From contig OZ253463.1 of NCBI GenBank assembly GCA_965261635.1, positions 811,879 to 875,878 on the forward strand: a DNA stretch of 64,000 nucleotides, in the 5' to 3' direction. The notes under the pieces were generated by a model. It did not search any database, had not been told where the DNA came from, and saw nothing but the letters and a program-made list of their open reading frames with translations. Both the position numbers and the translations under genes were made by a program. Position 1 is the stretch's first letter. The number at the start of each line of letters is the position of its first letter. Below, piece by piece: positions 9,372 to 19,031 of the stretch. This stretch comes from Chloroflexota bacterium (GTDB lineage Bacteria > Chloroflexota > UBA11872 > VXOZ01).

Positions 9372-10574
9372 CTATTCGGTCGGCGCGCTCCCCAACACCT
9401 TGTAGCCGTGATTCTCCACCGTTCTCTCGGCAACGGGCAGGACCTCCACGACCAGTCTGGAGAGGCCCACCACCTCACCGTCGGCGTCGAATCTGTAGTC
9501 GTTGCCGATCGCGCCGCTCCAGGTAATCTCGTACATGCAGTCGCGGAAGCCGTCGGCGTCCTGGTCATCGCCGGTTTGTTTGAGGCATTCGGCGGCGATG
9601 TACACGTTATCATAGGCGGAACCGAGGTGCCACGGCAGCGTGACATAGTCGTAGCGTTCCCGGAAGTTGGCCAGGACCTCTTGGGCTTTCGAATTGTCAG
9701 GGCGCAGGTCCGCCGTGATCGCTTTCATCCCGGTGGCGTCGTCGCCGGCGATCTCCAACGATGTAGTGCCCACAGACACCGTCTCGGCGTAGATGGGGCC
9801 TTGATAGCCTAACTCTCGCGCCTGCTTTATGATCACTCCGGCCGCAAACTCGGACTGCGGCGCCAGGTGAAGCGCATCCGGTTGATCGTCGAGCAGTTTG
9901 CTCAGTTGGGTCCGGAAGTCGGTAACGTCGGACGCGTACGTCTCCTGGGACACCACCTGTCCGCCCAGTTTAGTGAACTGAGCTACCGTGGTGCGGCGTA
10001 CGCCTTCGGCGTAGTCGGTGGCCTCGGTGATGGTGGCCAACCTGCGGACGCCGTCAGCCCACATCAGGTTACCGGTGGCGACACCGACCTCAACATCGCT
10101 GATCTGAGTGCGAAAGATGTAGTCGCCCGCGTTGGCGATGTCCGGGCTGCTCGCCAGCCCTGAAAACAGAATAACCCCGTCGGCCTCCGCCAGCGGGGCA
10201 ACCCCAAGCATGGCGCCGCTGCAGGAGGTTCCCAGGATGATCTTCACGCCATCTACGTCTGTCAGCTTTCGGTAAGCGGTGACCGCTTCCTTGGCGCTGC
10301 ACTGGGAGTCCTCCACAATGAGTTCAAGCATCCTACCACCGATGCCGCCTGCGGCGTTGATTTCGTCCACGGCCATCTGCTTGGCGCGCACGGCCACATT
10401 GCCGTAGGTCTCGCCAGGGCCTGTGAGCGACTCCATCACGCCTATCCTAAAGGGCCCTTTTTCACCGCCTCGCGCGTCTTGCTCCGTGTCCGCGGCGGCG
10501 CAGCCAATGACAAGCAAAGCGAGCAGCCATAGCGCCCAGAGCCAAATAAACCGTTTCCACGATACGGGCCGCAT
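9372..10574 (-). CDS. ABC transporter periplasmic substrate-binding lipoprotein (LivK/HAAT, Peripla_BP_6 type), paralog 1
   Basis: Lipoprotein signal (LLALLVIGCAA) followed by a type I periplasmic binding fold (FRIGVMESLTGPGETYG...). Roughly 75% identical to the paralog at 10955-12166. Confidence 0.85.
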   Translation of the reverse strand: MRPVSWKRFIWLWALWLLALLVIGCAAADTEQDARGGEKGPFRIGVMESLTGPGETYGNVAVRAKQMAVDEINAAGGIGGRMLELIVEDSQCSAKEAVTAYRKLTDVDGVKIILGTSCSGAMLGVAPLAEADGVILFSGLASSPDIANAGDYIFRTQISDVEVGVATGNLMWADGVRRLATITEATDYAEGVRRTTVAQFTKLGGQVVSQETYASDVTDFRTQLSKLLDDQPDALHLAPQSEFAAGVIIKQARELGYQGPIYAETVSVGTTSLEIAGDDATGMKAITADLRPDNSKAQEVLANFRERYDYVTLPWHLGSAYDNVYIAAECLKQTGDDQDADGFRDCMYEITWSGAIGNDYRFDADGEVVGLSRLVVEVLPVAERTVENHGYKVLGSAPTE

Positions 10575-10954
10575 TGCGCTCTTTTCTGTGAGGATACTCT
10601 AGGGTATCTAATCGGGTAGTTGCTCTAACACCATTAGCGTCAATCCGGCAAGTGTTCGGTAGAACATACTAACCTGGAATACGAGCGGTCAACAATGATT
10701 CTCAGGGAAGCAAGGTCGCTGTAAAAACCTTTAGCGGTGATTGCGGAGCGCAGAGCGTCCACATGTTCTGCGCGCAGTGGTGTGCGCTGATACGGAGAGC
10801 GCCAAACCGTTCGTGCTGAGTGGTCTTCGCGAAGCCCTTGTCGAAGCATGAACGGTCTGGCAAGCACTTCATCGTGAGCTGTCTTGTGGTAAGTTCAAAC
10901 CGCGCAATCCACGGGTGATCCGTAAGCACACCGCAAACACAATATGCAGTGGCC

Positions 10955-12166
10955 CTACTCCGTCGGCGCGCTGCCGAGAACCTTGTAGCCTTGGTTCTCC
11001 TCAGTCCGCTCAGCTACGGGCAAGACTTCCACCACCACGTTGGCTAGGCCTACGACCTCGCCGTTCTCATCAAAGGTGTAATTCTCGCCGATAGCGCCGG
11101 TCCAGGTGATTGCGTATAGGCAGTCTCGCATGCCATCGGCGTCTTGGTCGTCGTTGGTCTGCTTGAGGCACTCGGCGGTGATGAATACGTCATCATAGAC
11201 CGAGCCGATGTACCAGGCCAGCGTCACGTAATCGTAGCGCGCCCGGAATTTGGACAGCACTTCCTGGCCTTTGGCGTTGCTAGGTGAGATATCCGCCAAG
11301 ATGGCCTTGGTACCCGCGGCAGCATCACCGGCGATCTCAAGCGCCGTGGCCCCAACCGGCACGATGTCTGCATAGATTTGGCCCTCGTAGCCCAGCTCGC
11401 GCACCTGCTTGATGATGGTGCCGCCGTTGAACTCAGACTGGGCGGCGATGAGGAGAGCATCGGGATTTTCGCTAAGCAACTTCGTGAGTTGGGTCCTAAA
11501 GTCAGTGGTATCGGAACTGTAGCGTTCTACCGCAGCCACGGTGCCGCCGCGCTTTTCAAACTGCGCAACGGAGGCTTGGCGCACACCCTCGGCATAGTCG
11601 GTGGTTTCCGATAGGGTCACCAGTTTGCGGATGCCGTCCGCCCACATGACATTGCCGGCGTCAATACCCAACTGGGCATCGCTCATGGCCGTGCGGAAGA
11701 TGTAGTCTCCCGCGTTGGCGATGTCCGGATTGGTTGCCAAACCGGAGAAGAGGACCACGCCGTCGGCTTCAGCCAGTGGCGCGGCGCCCAGCATGGCCCC
11801 GCTGCAGGAAGTGCCGAGAATGATCTTGACACCGTCCACGTCGGTTAGCTTGTTGTACGCGGTGATGGCGTCTTGGGCGGAGCACTTGGAGTCTTCCACA
11901 ATAAGCTCCAGCATGCGGCCGTTGATGCCGCCCGCGGCGTTTATCTCGTCCACGGCCATCTGCTTGGCCTGCAGGGCCACGCTGCCGTAGGTCTCGCCCG
12001 GGCCCGTGAGCGACTCCATCACGCCAATTCTAAAGGGCGCTTGCTCACCCTCTTGCATATCTTTGTCTTCGTCCGTGGCGCTATCGCCGCCACATGCAAT
12101 CACCAGCGAGGCCAGCAGCGCCAGTGCTGCCAGCAAAACAGCTTTCTTCAAGATTAGAATTCGCAT
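10955..12166 (-). CDS. ABC transporter periplasmic substrate-binding lipoprotein (LivK/HAAT type), paralog 2
   Basis: Starts at MRILILKKAVLLAALALLASLVIACGG with AGAGGAG 7 nt upstream (plus-strand 12173-12179). The ORF track extends to 12202, but the extension lacks a ribosome-binding site. Confidence 0.85.
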   Translation of the reverse strand: MRILILKKAVLLAALALLASLVIACGGDSATDEDKDMQEGEQAPFRIGVMESLTGPGETYGSVALQAKQMAVDEINAAGGINGRMLELIVEDSKCSAQDAITAYNKLTDVDGVKIILGTSCSGAMLGAAPLAEADGVVLFSGLATNPDIANAGDYIFRTAMSDAQLGIDAGNVMWADGIRKLVTLSETTDYAEGVRQASVAQFEKRGGTVAAVERYSSDTTDFRTQLTKLLSENPDALLIAAQSEFNGGTIIKQVRELGYEGQIYADIVPVGATALEIAGDAAAGTKAILADISPSNAKGQEVLSKFRARYDYVTLAWYIGSVYDDVFITAECLKQTNDDQDADGMRDCLYAITWTGAIGENYTFDENGEVVGLANVVVEVLPVAERTEENQGYKVLGSAPTE

Positions 12167-12370
12167 GGCACACTCCTCTATGAGAATGCGTACGATACCC
12201 ATATTGCAAGATACAGTAGCATGTTCCCGTCAATCCCGCAAATATGGGGGTACATGGTCAACTATCATTTGCTGAGTCTTCGCCTTCGAGTTTGCTAGGA
12301 AGCCCGTTAGGTGTTAGTGTCCGTGTTGGAAGGACCTTGCCTTTGAAGCTTTCTAGTTGAGAGACTCGAG

Positions 12371-13732
12371 ATGTTGACAAACTTGCGGTTGGAGAACTTT
12401 AAGCCCTGGGAGAACACTGGAGACATAGCCCTTAAGCCCATAACCGGTTTTTTTGGCTCTAACAGTTCTGGAAAGACGAGCCTCCTCCAAGCTTTGCTAC
12501 TTATGAAGCAAACAGTTGATTCTCCAGACCAAGGTATAGTATTTCACTTTGGCGATGAAAACACACTTGTGAACCTCGGCGACTTTGATAGCGTCATACA
12601 TAAACACGACACGATGAGAACCCTAAAGATTTCTCTCAATTGGAACTCTAGGGAAAGAGTTAGGATACCGAAGGTTTACAAAGGTGGGTTTGTAAGTGAG
12701 GGAGAAGAGATTGGATTTAGTGTTGAAGTAAGAGAGAGTACGAACGACTCCAAGCGATCGCTGATGTTGGAGAAAATGGAATATCAGTTAGCCGACAGTC
12801 GGTCGTTCGGTATGGAGAAACGAGTTGGTGAGCTAGCTTATGGAGTGTACGCGAGGGGCGGGAATCTCGATCTGCCAGAATCAACTTGGACTCCTGATCG
12901 TTTTTCCCGTCAGTCGAAGTTTTGTGAATTCCCATATCAAGCTGAAGACTTGTTCAATGACCGCAGTTTCATTTTTGGCCTCAGGTATGAGCTAGTAAGG
13001 CAACTCCAGGATTTGCGCTACGTCGGCCCTCTAAGAATATATCCAAGGCGCATCTATCAATGGTCTGGTGTCCAACCCTCTGGAGTGGGCTCTGGTGGCG
13101 AATTTGCAATTGAGTCTATGTTGTCAACTCGGGACGGGAATTTCGAAAGATTGGGCTCGGCACATCTCACCGTAGAGGAGTATGTCGCACAGTGGCTCAA
13201 GCGCCTTGGAGTTGTTCATGACTTTCGTGTTGAGTCGCTAGGTGAGGGCAGGCGGCTCTTTGAGGTAAAAGTTCGTAAGACCTCTGAATCGCCAGATGTC
13301 TTTCTCACCGACATTGGCTTTGGTGTGTCCCAGTTACTACCGGTGTTGGTGCAGTGTTTCTACGTACGCGAAGGGTCAACGGTAATCCTAGAACAGCCAG
13401 ACATTCACTTACACCCATCAGTTCAGGCTGAGCTTGCCGACGTATTCATAGACTCTTGGAAGGAACGAAGGGCGCAAATCTTGTTCGAGAGTCACAGTGA
13501 GCACTTGCTCCGCAGACTTCAGCGTCGAATTGCTGAAGGAGAGATTCAGCAAGAAAGTGTACGCTTGTACTTTTGCTCGACAGACGACGATGGGGCCTCG
13601 AATCTAAGTGAGCTCGAATTGGACAAATTCGGGAATATTTCCAATTGGCCCAAGGACTTCTTTGGTGACCAATTTGGTGAAATGGCTGCAATGAGCAGTG
13701 CTGCTCTAAATAGACAAGGAGAGGCTAAGTGA
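12371..13732 (+). CDS. ABC-like AAA ATPase (AAA_21/AAA_15 with C-terminal DUF3696-like region), putative defence-system motor/sensor
   Basis: N-terminal RecF/SbcC-like motif (LRLENFKPW...GFFGSNSSGKTSLLQAL), Walker-B/D-loop-like VILEQPDIHLHP, and ILFESHSEHLLRRLQRR. Low GC versus the flanks. Overlaps the downstream PIN gene start (GTGA). Confidence 0.8.
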   Translation: MLTNLRLENFKPWENTGDIALKPITGFFGSNSSGKTSLLQALLLMKQTVDSPDQGIVFHFGDENTLVNLGDFDSVIHKHDTMRTLKISLNWNSRERVRIPKVYKGGFVSEGEEIGFSVEVRESTNDSKRSLMLEKMEYQLADSRSFGMEKRVGELAYGVYARGGNLDLPESTWTPDRFSRQSKFCEFPYQAEDLFNDRSFIFGLRYELVRQLQDLRYVGPLRIYPRRIYQWSGVQPSGVGSGGEFAIESMLSTRDGNFERLGSAHLTVEEYVAQWLKRLGVVHDFRVESLGEGRRLFEVKVRKTSESPDVFLTDIGFGVSQLLPVLVQCFYVREGSTVILEQPDIHLHPSVQAELADVFIDSWKERRAQILFESHSEHLLRRLQRRIAEGEIQQESVRLYFCSTDDDGASNLSELELDKFGNISNWPKDFFGDQFGEMAAMSSAALNRQGEAK

Positions 13733-14226
13733 GGGCGCAGAAGGCGGACTTGGTGATGGATACAAATGTCGCCGTCGTTGCTAACGGAAAAGCCGAGCAA
13801 GCAAACAAAGAGTGCGTCGGTGAGTGCATAGCCAGGTTAAGTAAACTGCGGAATGAGTGTCTTCTCTTGCTCGATTTCAAGAACCTAATCTTGGACGAAT
13901 ACCGCAAGAACCTTCACCCCTCAGGCCAACCTGGGCTTGGAGATTCCTTCTTTAAGTGGCTTTTTGAAAATCAGGCAAATCCAGAGTACTTCCGGAGAGT
14001 CTACATAGAGTGTCACCCCGATCGTGGCTTTGTGGAATTCCCAACCGATCCAAGACTTTCTTCTTTCGATCAGGATGATCGCAAGTTCGTTGCCGTAGCA
14101 CTGGCGAGCGGGACCAATCCGAAGATTCTAAACGCGTCGGATACGGACTGGTGGCTCCATCGAAATGCACTGCAAGAGCACGGCATTGAGGTGGAGTTTA
14201 TTTGCCTTGAACTAATGAGGGCATGA
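13729..14226 (+). CDS. PIN-domain nuclease-like protein, putative effector coupled to the upstream ATPase
   Basis: Acidic PIN quartet in the canonical order: VMDTNVAVV (D), ILDEYRK (E), SFDQDDRKFVAVA (D), ILNASDTDWW (D-x-D). GTG start overlaps the ATPase stop; an alternative ATG lies at 13756. Low GC. Confidence 0.55.
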   Translation: MRAQKADLVMDTNVAVVANGKAEQANKECVGECIARLSKLRNECLLLLDFKNLILDEYRKNLHPSGQPGLGDSFFKWLFENQANPEYFRRVYIECHPDRGFVEFPTDPRLSSFDQDDRKFVAVALASGTNPKILNASDTDWWLHRNALQEHGIEVEFICLELMRA

Positions 14227-14275
14227 CTCCAAAAAGCACTTTCCCTCCAGCGCGCCGGTTATGAGCCGCGGGGCT

Positions 14276-15076
14276 CTAGACCCTGTGCCCTGCCAGCAGC
14301 TTTTCCACGTGTTTCCGCACGCTGCTGCGGTCTGCGCTGCAGACTAGGCAGGTGAACGGGAATTCGCCGGTGGCGCGGAAGCGTTTGGCGTTGGGATAGT
14401 GGAAGTCGCCGGTGTGGGTCATGAACTGTCCCCACCAGCCGTAGGTGTAGGCGGGGCCGGAGACTCGGCAATCCTCGTGCCACTCCGGGGGGAAGAGCGA
14501 CCGAAACGGTTCAAACGAGTTGATCCAACTGCCGCACTGCACAATCTGGATGTCCGGCCGGTCTTGCTCAAGGTCGTCCAGGAGTTTCAGCAGCGATCGC
14601 GTCAGCGCGGGCATATCCCGGAAGGGCGACCGGGGCTGCAGCACGTTCGTGAAGTGGATGTGGACGACATCTTCCGCATAGTCGCGGCTGAAGCAGCCGT
14701 AGGGCGTGGGCGGAATGACCTGCCCCGCACCCTCCCAGAGGTTGCCCTTGCGTTCCCCGGCGAGGCGTTCCTCCATAGTCGGGAAGAGCAGCGCGTAGGC
14801 GGCTTCTTCCAGCGCTTCGGTGGTCGCGTCGGCACGGTGTTTAGCGAAGAATTCCTTCAGTTGGTCCACTAGCGCATTCCACTCAGGATCGTTGTGGCCC
14901 TGTGCAGGATGGTGTTTGCCGTCCCAGAGGTGCGTACGCCGGTAAATATCGACGCGGGTGGTAATCAATTCCTCGAACGGGCGCTGCTCGGTCTGCAGCA
15001 GCCGGTGCACGTACCAGACCTTGAGTTTCACGCACTCGCGATCATAGTTGCGCCTGATTTCTTCTCGCGTGGGCAT
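14276..15076 (-). CDS. Hypothetical protein (high GC, probably core genome)
   Basis: 266-aa ORF with good coding bias and no recognisable motifs. Confidence 0.5.
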   Translation of the reverse strand: MPTREEIRRNYDRECVKLKVWYVHRLLQTEQRPFEELITTRVDIYRRTHLWDGKHHPAQGHNDPEWNALVDQLKEFFAKHRADATTEALEEAAYALLFPTMEERLAGERKGNLWEGAGQVIPPTPYGCFSRDYAEDVVHIHFTNVLQPRSPFRDMPALTRSLLKLLDDLEQDRPDIQIVQCGSWINSFEPFRSLFPPEWHEDCRVSGPAYTYGWWGQFMTHTGDFHYPNAKRFRATGEFPFTCLVCSADRSSVRKHVEKLLAGHRV

Positions 15077-15214
15077 GGTTTATTCCCTTGGCGGACGGGC
15101 CTTTGTTTGCTTGGCGCTCGCCGGTCGGTTTCGCTGTCTTTCCCTGCGGCTAACAGGTCAATGCGTTCACAGTGTCCGGCATCCGTTCCCAGCAGAGGTC
15201 GGCAGATTCCGTAT

Positions 15215-16192
15215 CTAGGCTTCCGTCCCTACTGAAACCGGCAGACCCGTCTCGATGGACTGCCGGGCCGCTCCGATGAGGCGCATCGCCTCAACGCCGT
15301 CTTCACCCGTTACGATGGGCGAGGCTGCGCCTGCCACGCAGTCGAGGAAGTGGCTGACTTCCATATAGAAGCGGTCGTGGCCGCCGATGTCGGTTTCCAC
15401 CCGCTCGGTGACGTGGTCCAGACTAAAGCGGCTGCGGCCGGTTCCGAAATCGATAACGATAGCGCCGCGTTCCCCGTAGACTTCGACGCACTTCTCCGTA
15501 TGGGGCGACGACCAGCTACCCTCCATGGTGCCCACCACGCCGTCCACACTCTCCGCCATGAATACGACGGTATCGGTACCGGGTATATCCTGGGCGAGGG
15601 TCCCGCCCTTGGCAAAGATTTCCTTCATTTCCCCAACCAAGTACCGGAAGAGATCTACATAATGCTGACCTGATTCCCAAAGGATGCCGCCCCCTTGGGC
15701 CGGGTCCGCCAACCAAGTGCCGGCCATGAGTTCAACTCCCGCGAACCGGAGGCGGAAGTGGTGCAGCGGGCCCAGCTTGCCGGCATCTATCCACTCCTTG
15801 GCTTTCGCAATCGGCGTATAAAAGCGGTTGCAGAAAGCGGTCATGAGAATGACGTTGGCGCTGCTGGCGGCGGCGACCATGGCCTGGCCCTCGCTCACGC
15901 TCATGGCCAGAGGCTTCTCGCAGAGCACGTGCAGACCATGCGCCGCTGCGTGCTCGGTAATCTCGCGATGGGAGGGTGGCGGCGTACAAATGCTGACCGC
16001 ATGCAGTTCCTCCGAGCGCAGCATGGCCGCGTAGTCGGTGTATGCCTTGGTATCGTATTGCTGGGCACGCGCCTCAGCCACGGCCTGAATTGGATCGGCC
16101 ACGGCCACGATTTGCGCCCCCTCGTTTGCGGCATAGCTGCGCAGGTGGGAGTGCGAGATGGCGCCACACCCGATGACGGCTACACGTACCAT
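15215..16192 (-). CDS. Gfo/Idh/MocA-family NAD(P)-dependent oxidoreductase
   Basis: N-terminal Rossmann motif VRVAVIGCGAISHSH and an EKP motif (VLCEKPLA). Confidence 0.8.
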   Translation of the reverse strand: MVRVAVIGCGAISHSHLRSYAANEGAQIVAVADPIQAVAEARAQQYDTKAYTDYAAMLRSEELHAVSICTPPPSHREITEHAAAHGLHVLCEKPLAMSVSEGQAMVAAASSANVILMTAFCNRFYTPIAKAKEWIDAGKLGPLHHFRLRFAGVELMAGTWLADPAQGGGILWESGQHYVDLFRYLVGEMKEIFAKGGTLAQDIPGTDTVVFMAESVDGVVGTMEGSWSSPHTEKCVEVYGERGAIVIDFGTGRSRFSLDHVTERVETDIGGHDRFYMEVSHFLDCVAGAASPIVTGEDGVEAMRLIGAARQSIETGLPVSVGTEA

Positions 16193-16282
16193 GGTTTTGT
16201 CTTTCTCCGTAGTGTTGCGCCGGCTCGTCTCTTGCGCGCTTGGAGTAAACTTCGTGTGCGTACTATTACAAGGTAGCAGCGT

Positions 16283-17032
16283 CTATTGCTTCCCACCCAC
16301 CATCAGACGGGTGAGCAAGCCGAAGCTTGCCGGTTCGAGGGCAAACGTCTCGCGAATCAGCGGCGGTGCGGCGGCGAATAGCGCTCTCAGTTCGCTCACT
16401 TGAGCGGGCGGCGTCTGCTGCCGGGCTACCCAATCGTCGAACTCCAGCATCTTCAACCAGGTGTGTGTCACGGCAAAACTGAGGCCCGCCTCCTGGAAGA
16501 ATTGTCGCCACTCACTTTGGCTCCACTCGCGCACGTGGGAAGGATCGCGCAGCACTTCCACTTTGTTGATCCAGCGGTCGGCGGCGGGATCATCCGGCGA
16601 GGTGTTGTCGACGACCAGCAGGCGACCGTCCGCGGTCAGGACGCGGGCGATTTCTTGCACGACGCGCGCCGGATTGTGGAAGTGGTGTGCAGTGTAACGG
16701 CAGACGACCAAGGAAAAGCTCTCATCGGCAAACGGCAGGCGCTCGGCGTTGCCCACGCTTGCCTGGAAGTGCTCGATGCCGCGCTCGCGCGCGTTGCGGC
16801 AGGCCGCCTCGACCATCTGCGGCGTAATGTCGAGGCCGATGATGTGTGCCGCGCAGCGGGCCAGCGCGAAAGCAGCATGTCCCGCACCGGTGCCTAGGTC
16901 AAGGGCGCGGGCGTGCCGGTCGGGTCCGGCCTGCTCCACCAGCCAGGCTAAGTCCTCGCCCTCCGCAAACACCGTGCTTTGGCTATAGGCTTCAGCCGCG
17001 CGGCCGAATTGTTTCTGAGTCTGCTGGTACAT
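16283..17032 (-). CDS. Class I SAM-dependent methyltransferase (Methyltransf_11-like)
   Basis: Motif I ALDLGTGAGHAAFALA; motif post I IIGLDITPQM. Confidence 0.75.
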   Translation of the reverse strand: MYQQTQKQFGRAAEAYSQSTVFAEGEDLAWLVEQAGPDRHARALDLGTGAGHAAFALARCAAHIIGLDITPQMVEAACRNARERGIEHFQASVGNAERLPFADESFSLVVCRYTAHHFHNPARVVQEIARVLTADGRLLVVDNTSPDDPAADRWINKVEVLRDPSHVREWSQSEWRQFFQEAGLSFAVTHTWLKMLEFDDWVARQQTPPAQVSELRALFAAAPPLIRETFALEPASFGLLTRLMVGGKQ

Positions 17033-17363
17033 AGTCTTGGACTTAATTTACCTTCATCTTTAGGTCGGGTCTTTCCGCCGCCGCTCTATCGCGCGCTCCA
17101 CGCCGGTGCTAATCGACGACGCCAATTGCGCTCGCGGCAGTTGTAATGGGGCTCCCATAGGGGGTCAAGATGTCTGGTTGTAAAACTCTTTGAATCTGCT
17201 AATCGCATAGTAAATGATGCGCCGTGCGCTGGGCAATGGGAACATGACACTGGTAAGGTGCTATGCTAGAATCGTGGCTTGGGTGAGGCGAAAAACACAC
17301 CCTACGCCGGGCCGAAGCGGTGGTTACGAATATCAGCAACCTGTCAATAAGGAGTGGTTCTTG

Positions 17364-17861
17364 ATGCGATGGCGTTTACGTGTTCCTTTGGCGCTCGTCG
17401 CGATTCTTTTCTCGATGGCATTGATAATTGGTTGTGGTGGTGAGGAAGAAGAAGCATGGAGTTGGGACGAAGGGCCACCAACGCCAACGCCTGATACAAG
17501 TGTTACCGAGGCAGTTCCTACTCCATCCGGTCCGGTCGACCCGGAATCTATTGAAGTGATTGTGGATCTTAGCACGGGCGACGCCGAGCGCGGAGAAGAG
17601 CTCTTTGAGGAAAAGGGCTGCGTAGCCTGCCATAAGATTGCGGAAGACGGCCCCGGCGGCGAGGTTGGTCCTGTGCTCGCCGGCATTGGCGACATAGCGA
17701 ACCGACCGATGTTGGCTGCAGACATTGCGAACACGCCGGAGAACATCTGGCGCTGGGTGCAATTCCCGCAGAAGATCAAGCCCGGCACGGAGATGGCGCC
17801 CCTGGGGATGGATGGCCAAGAGGCTGCCGACCTCGTGGCATATCTCCAAACATTGAAATAG
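17364..17861 (+). CDS. Mono-haem c-type cytochrome lipoprotein, paralog 1
   Basis: Signal/lipobox LIIGCGG. One haem-binding CVACH motif and a distal Met (GTEMAP). AAGGAG 8 nt upstream of the ATG at 17364. The longer listed ORF (17214) is unlikely. Confidence 0.8.
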   Translation: MRWRLRVPLALVAILFSMALIIGCGGEEEEAWSWDEGPPTPTPDTSVTEAVPTPSGPVDPESIEVIVDLSTGDAERGEELFEEKGCVACHKIAEDGPGGEVGPVLAGIGDIANRPMLAADIANTPENIWRWVQFPQKIKPGTEMAPLGMDGQEAADLVAYLQTLK

Positions 17862-17909
17862 GGAAGAAGGCAGGCTTTTGGCTGTGTCGCATACGTCGGG
17901 GCGCAAAGG

Positions 17910-18407
17910 GTGCAAGGCTTGATGCATAAGTATGTGCGTCTATCCTTGGCGATCTTCGCAATGTTTCTCATGATGGCACTGGCCGCAGCCTGCTTTCCGT
18001 GGGACAGATCGGATTCGTTGCCAGCGCCCACAGCGGAACCAGCGAGAGTTGCACCGGATGTTACTCCCACCCCTACGCCTCCCGATGATATTCCGCCGCC
18101 GCCAGAAGGTTATTTGGAACGAGCGGATGTACGGAAGGGAGAAGAGCTCTTTGAGGAAAAGGGCTGTGTCGCCTGTCATAAGATCGCGGAAGACGGCCCC
18201 GGCGGCGAGATTGGTCCTGTGCTTGCCGGCATTGGCGATGCGACGAACCGACCGATGCTGGCTGCAGACATTGCGAACACGCCGGAGAATATCTGGCGCT
18301 GGATTCAGTTCCCGCAACTGATAAAGCCAGGTACGGAGATGGCGCCCCTAGGGATGGATGGGGAAGAAGCCGCTCACCTTGTGAAATACCTCTTGACGTT
18401 GAAGTAG
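17910..18407 (+). CDS. Mono-haem c-type cytochrome, paralog 2
   Basis: The CVACHKIAEDGPGGEIGPVLAGIGD...GTEMAPLGMDGEEAAHLVKYL region is roughly 85% identical to paralog 1 over the C-terminal 100 aa. Confidence 0.8.
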   Translation: MQGLMHKYVRLSLAIFAMFLMMALAAACFPWDRSDSLPAPTAEPARVAPDVTPTPTPPDDIPPPPEGYLERADVRKGEELFEEKGCVACHKIAEDGPGGEIGPVLAGIGDATNRPMLAADIANTPENIWRWIQFPQLIKPGTEMAPLGMDGEEAAHLVKYLLTLK

Positions 18408-18446
18408 GGAGTAACGCACGCTGTTGGCTCACTCTCGCGTGTCGCA

Positions 18447-19031
18447 ATGCATAGGGAACGAGGAATGATGCGCGGACGGGTGCGCCTTGTCAGAGGGCTA
18501 GCGGGAGCGTTGCTTGCGGCGGCACTTTTCGTGAGCTGCTTTCCGTGGGATAGATCGGAGCCAACGCCAGTGCTTCCAACGGCTCCGCCCGTGGCGACGA
18601 GCCCGGCGTCGGCGCCGACACCGACTGCCGAGCAAAGTGCAGCCAGTGAAACGGCCACGCCGGAGCAGACACCGACCCCTCGGCCTACCGCAATCATAGT
18701 TACGCGCACTCCCAGGCCGCTGCCCACCGTGCCGCCGGACTTGCTGAGCCAGGGTGATGCAAGGCTGGGTCAAGAGCTCTTCGAGAGCAAAGGGTGCATC
18801 GCTTGCCATCAAATTCGGGGTGAAGGCGGCGACACCGGCCCGGCCCTCGACGGCATCGGCGACCGATCGCGGCGGCCGATGCTGGCGGGGAGCCTGGAGA
18901 ATACGTCGGAGAATAAGTGGCGCTGGATTATAAATCCGCAACTCGTCAAGCCCGGTACGGCCATGTCTCCGCAGCCGCTCAATCCCGAAGAGGCTGCCCA
19001 CCTGGTGGCATACTTGGAAACCTTGAGATAG
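18447..19031 (+). CDS. Mono-haem c-type cytochrome, paralog 3
   Basis: CIACHQI haem motif and GTAMSP. Pro/Thr-rich linker after the signal peptide. A start at the MMRGR Met (18465) is also possible. Confidence 0.75.
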   Translation: MHRERGMMRGRVRLVRGLAGALLAAALFVSCFPWDRSEPTPVLPTAPPVATSPASAPTPTAEQSAASETATPEQTPTPRPTAIIVTRTPRPLPTVPPDLLSQGDARLGQELFESKGCIACHQIRGEGGDTGPALDGIGDRSRRPMLAGSLENTSENKWRWIINPQLVKPGTAMSPQPLNPEEAAHLVAYLETLR

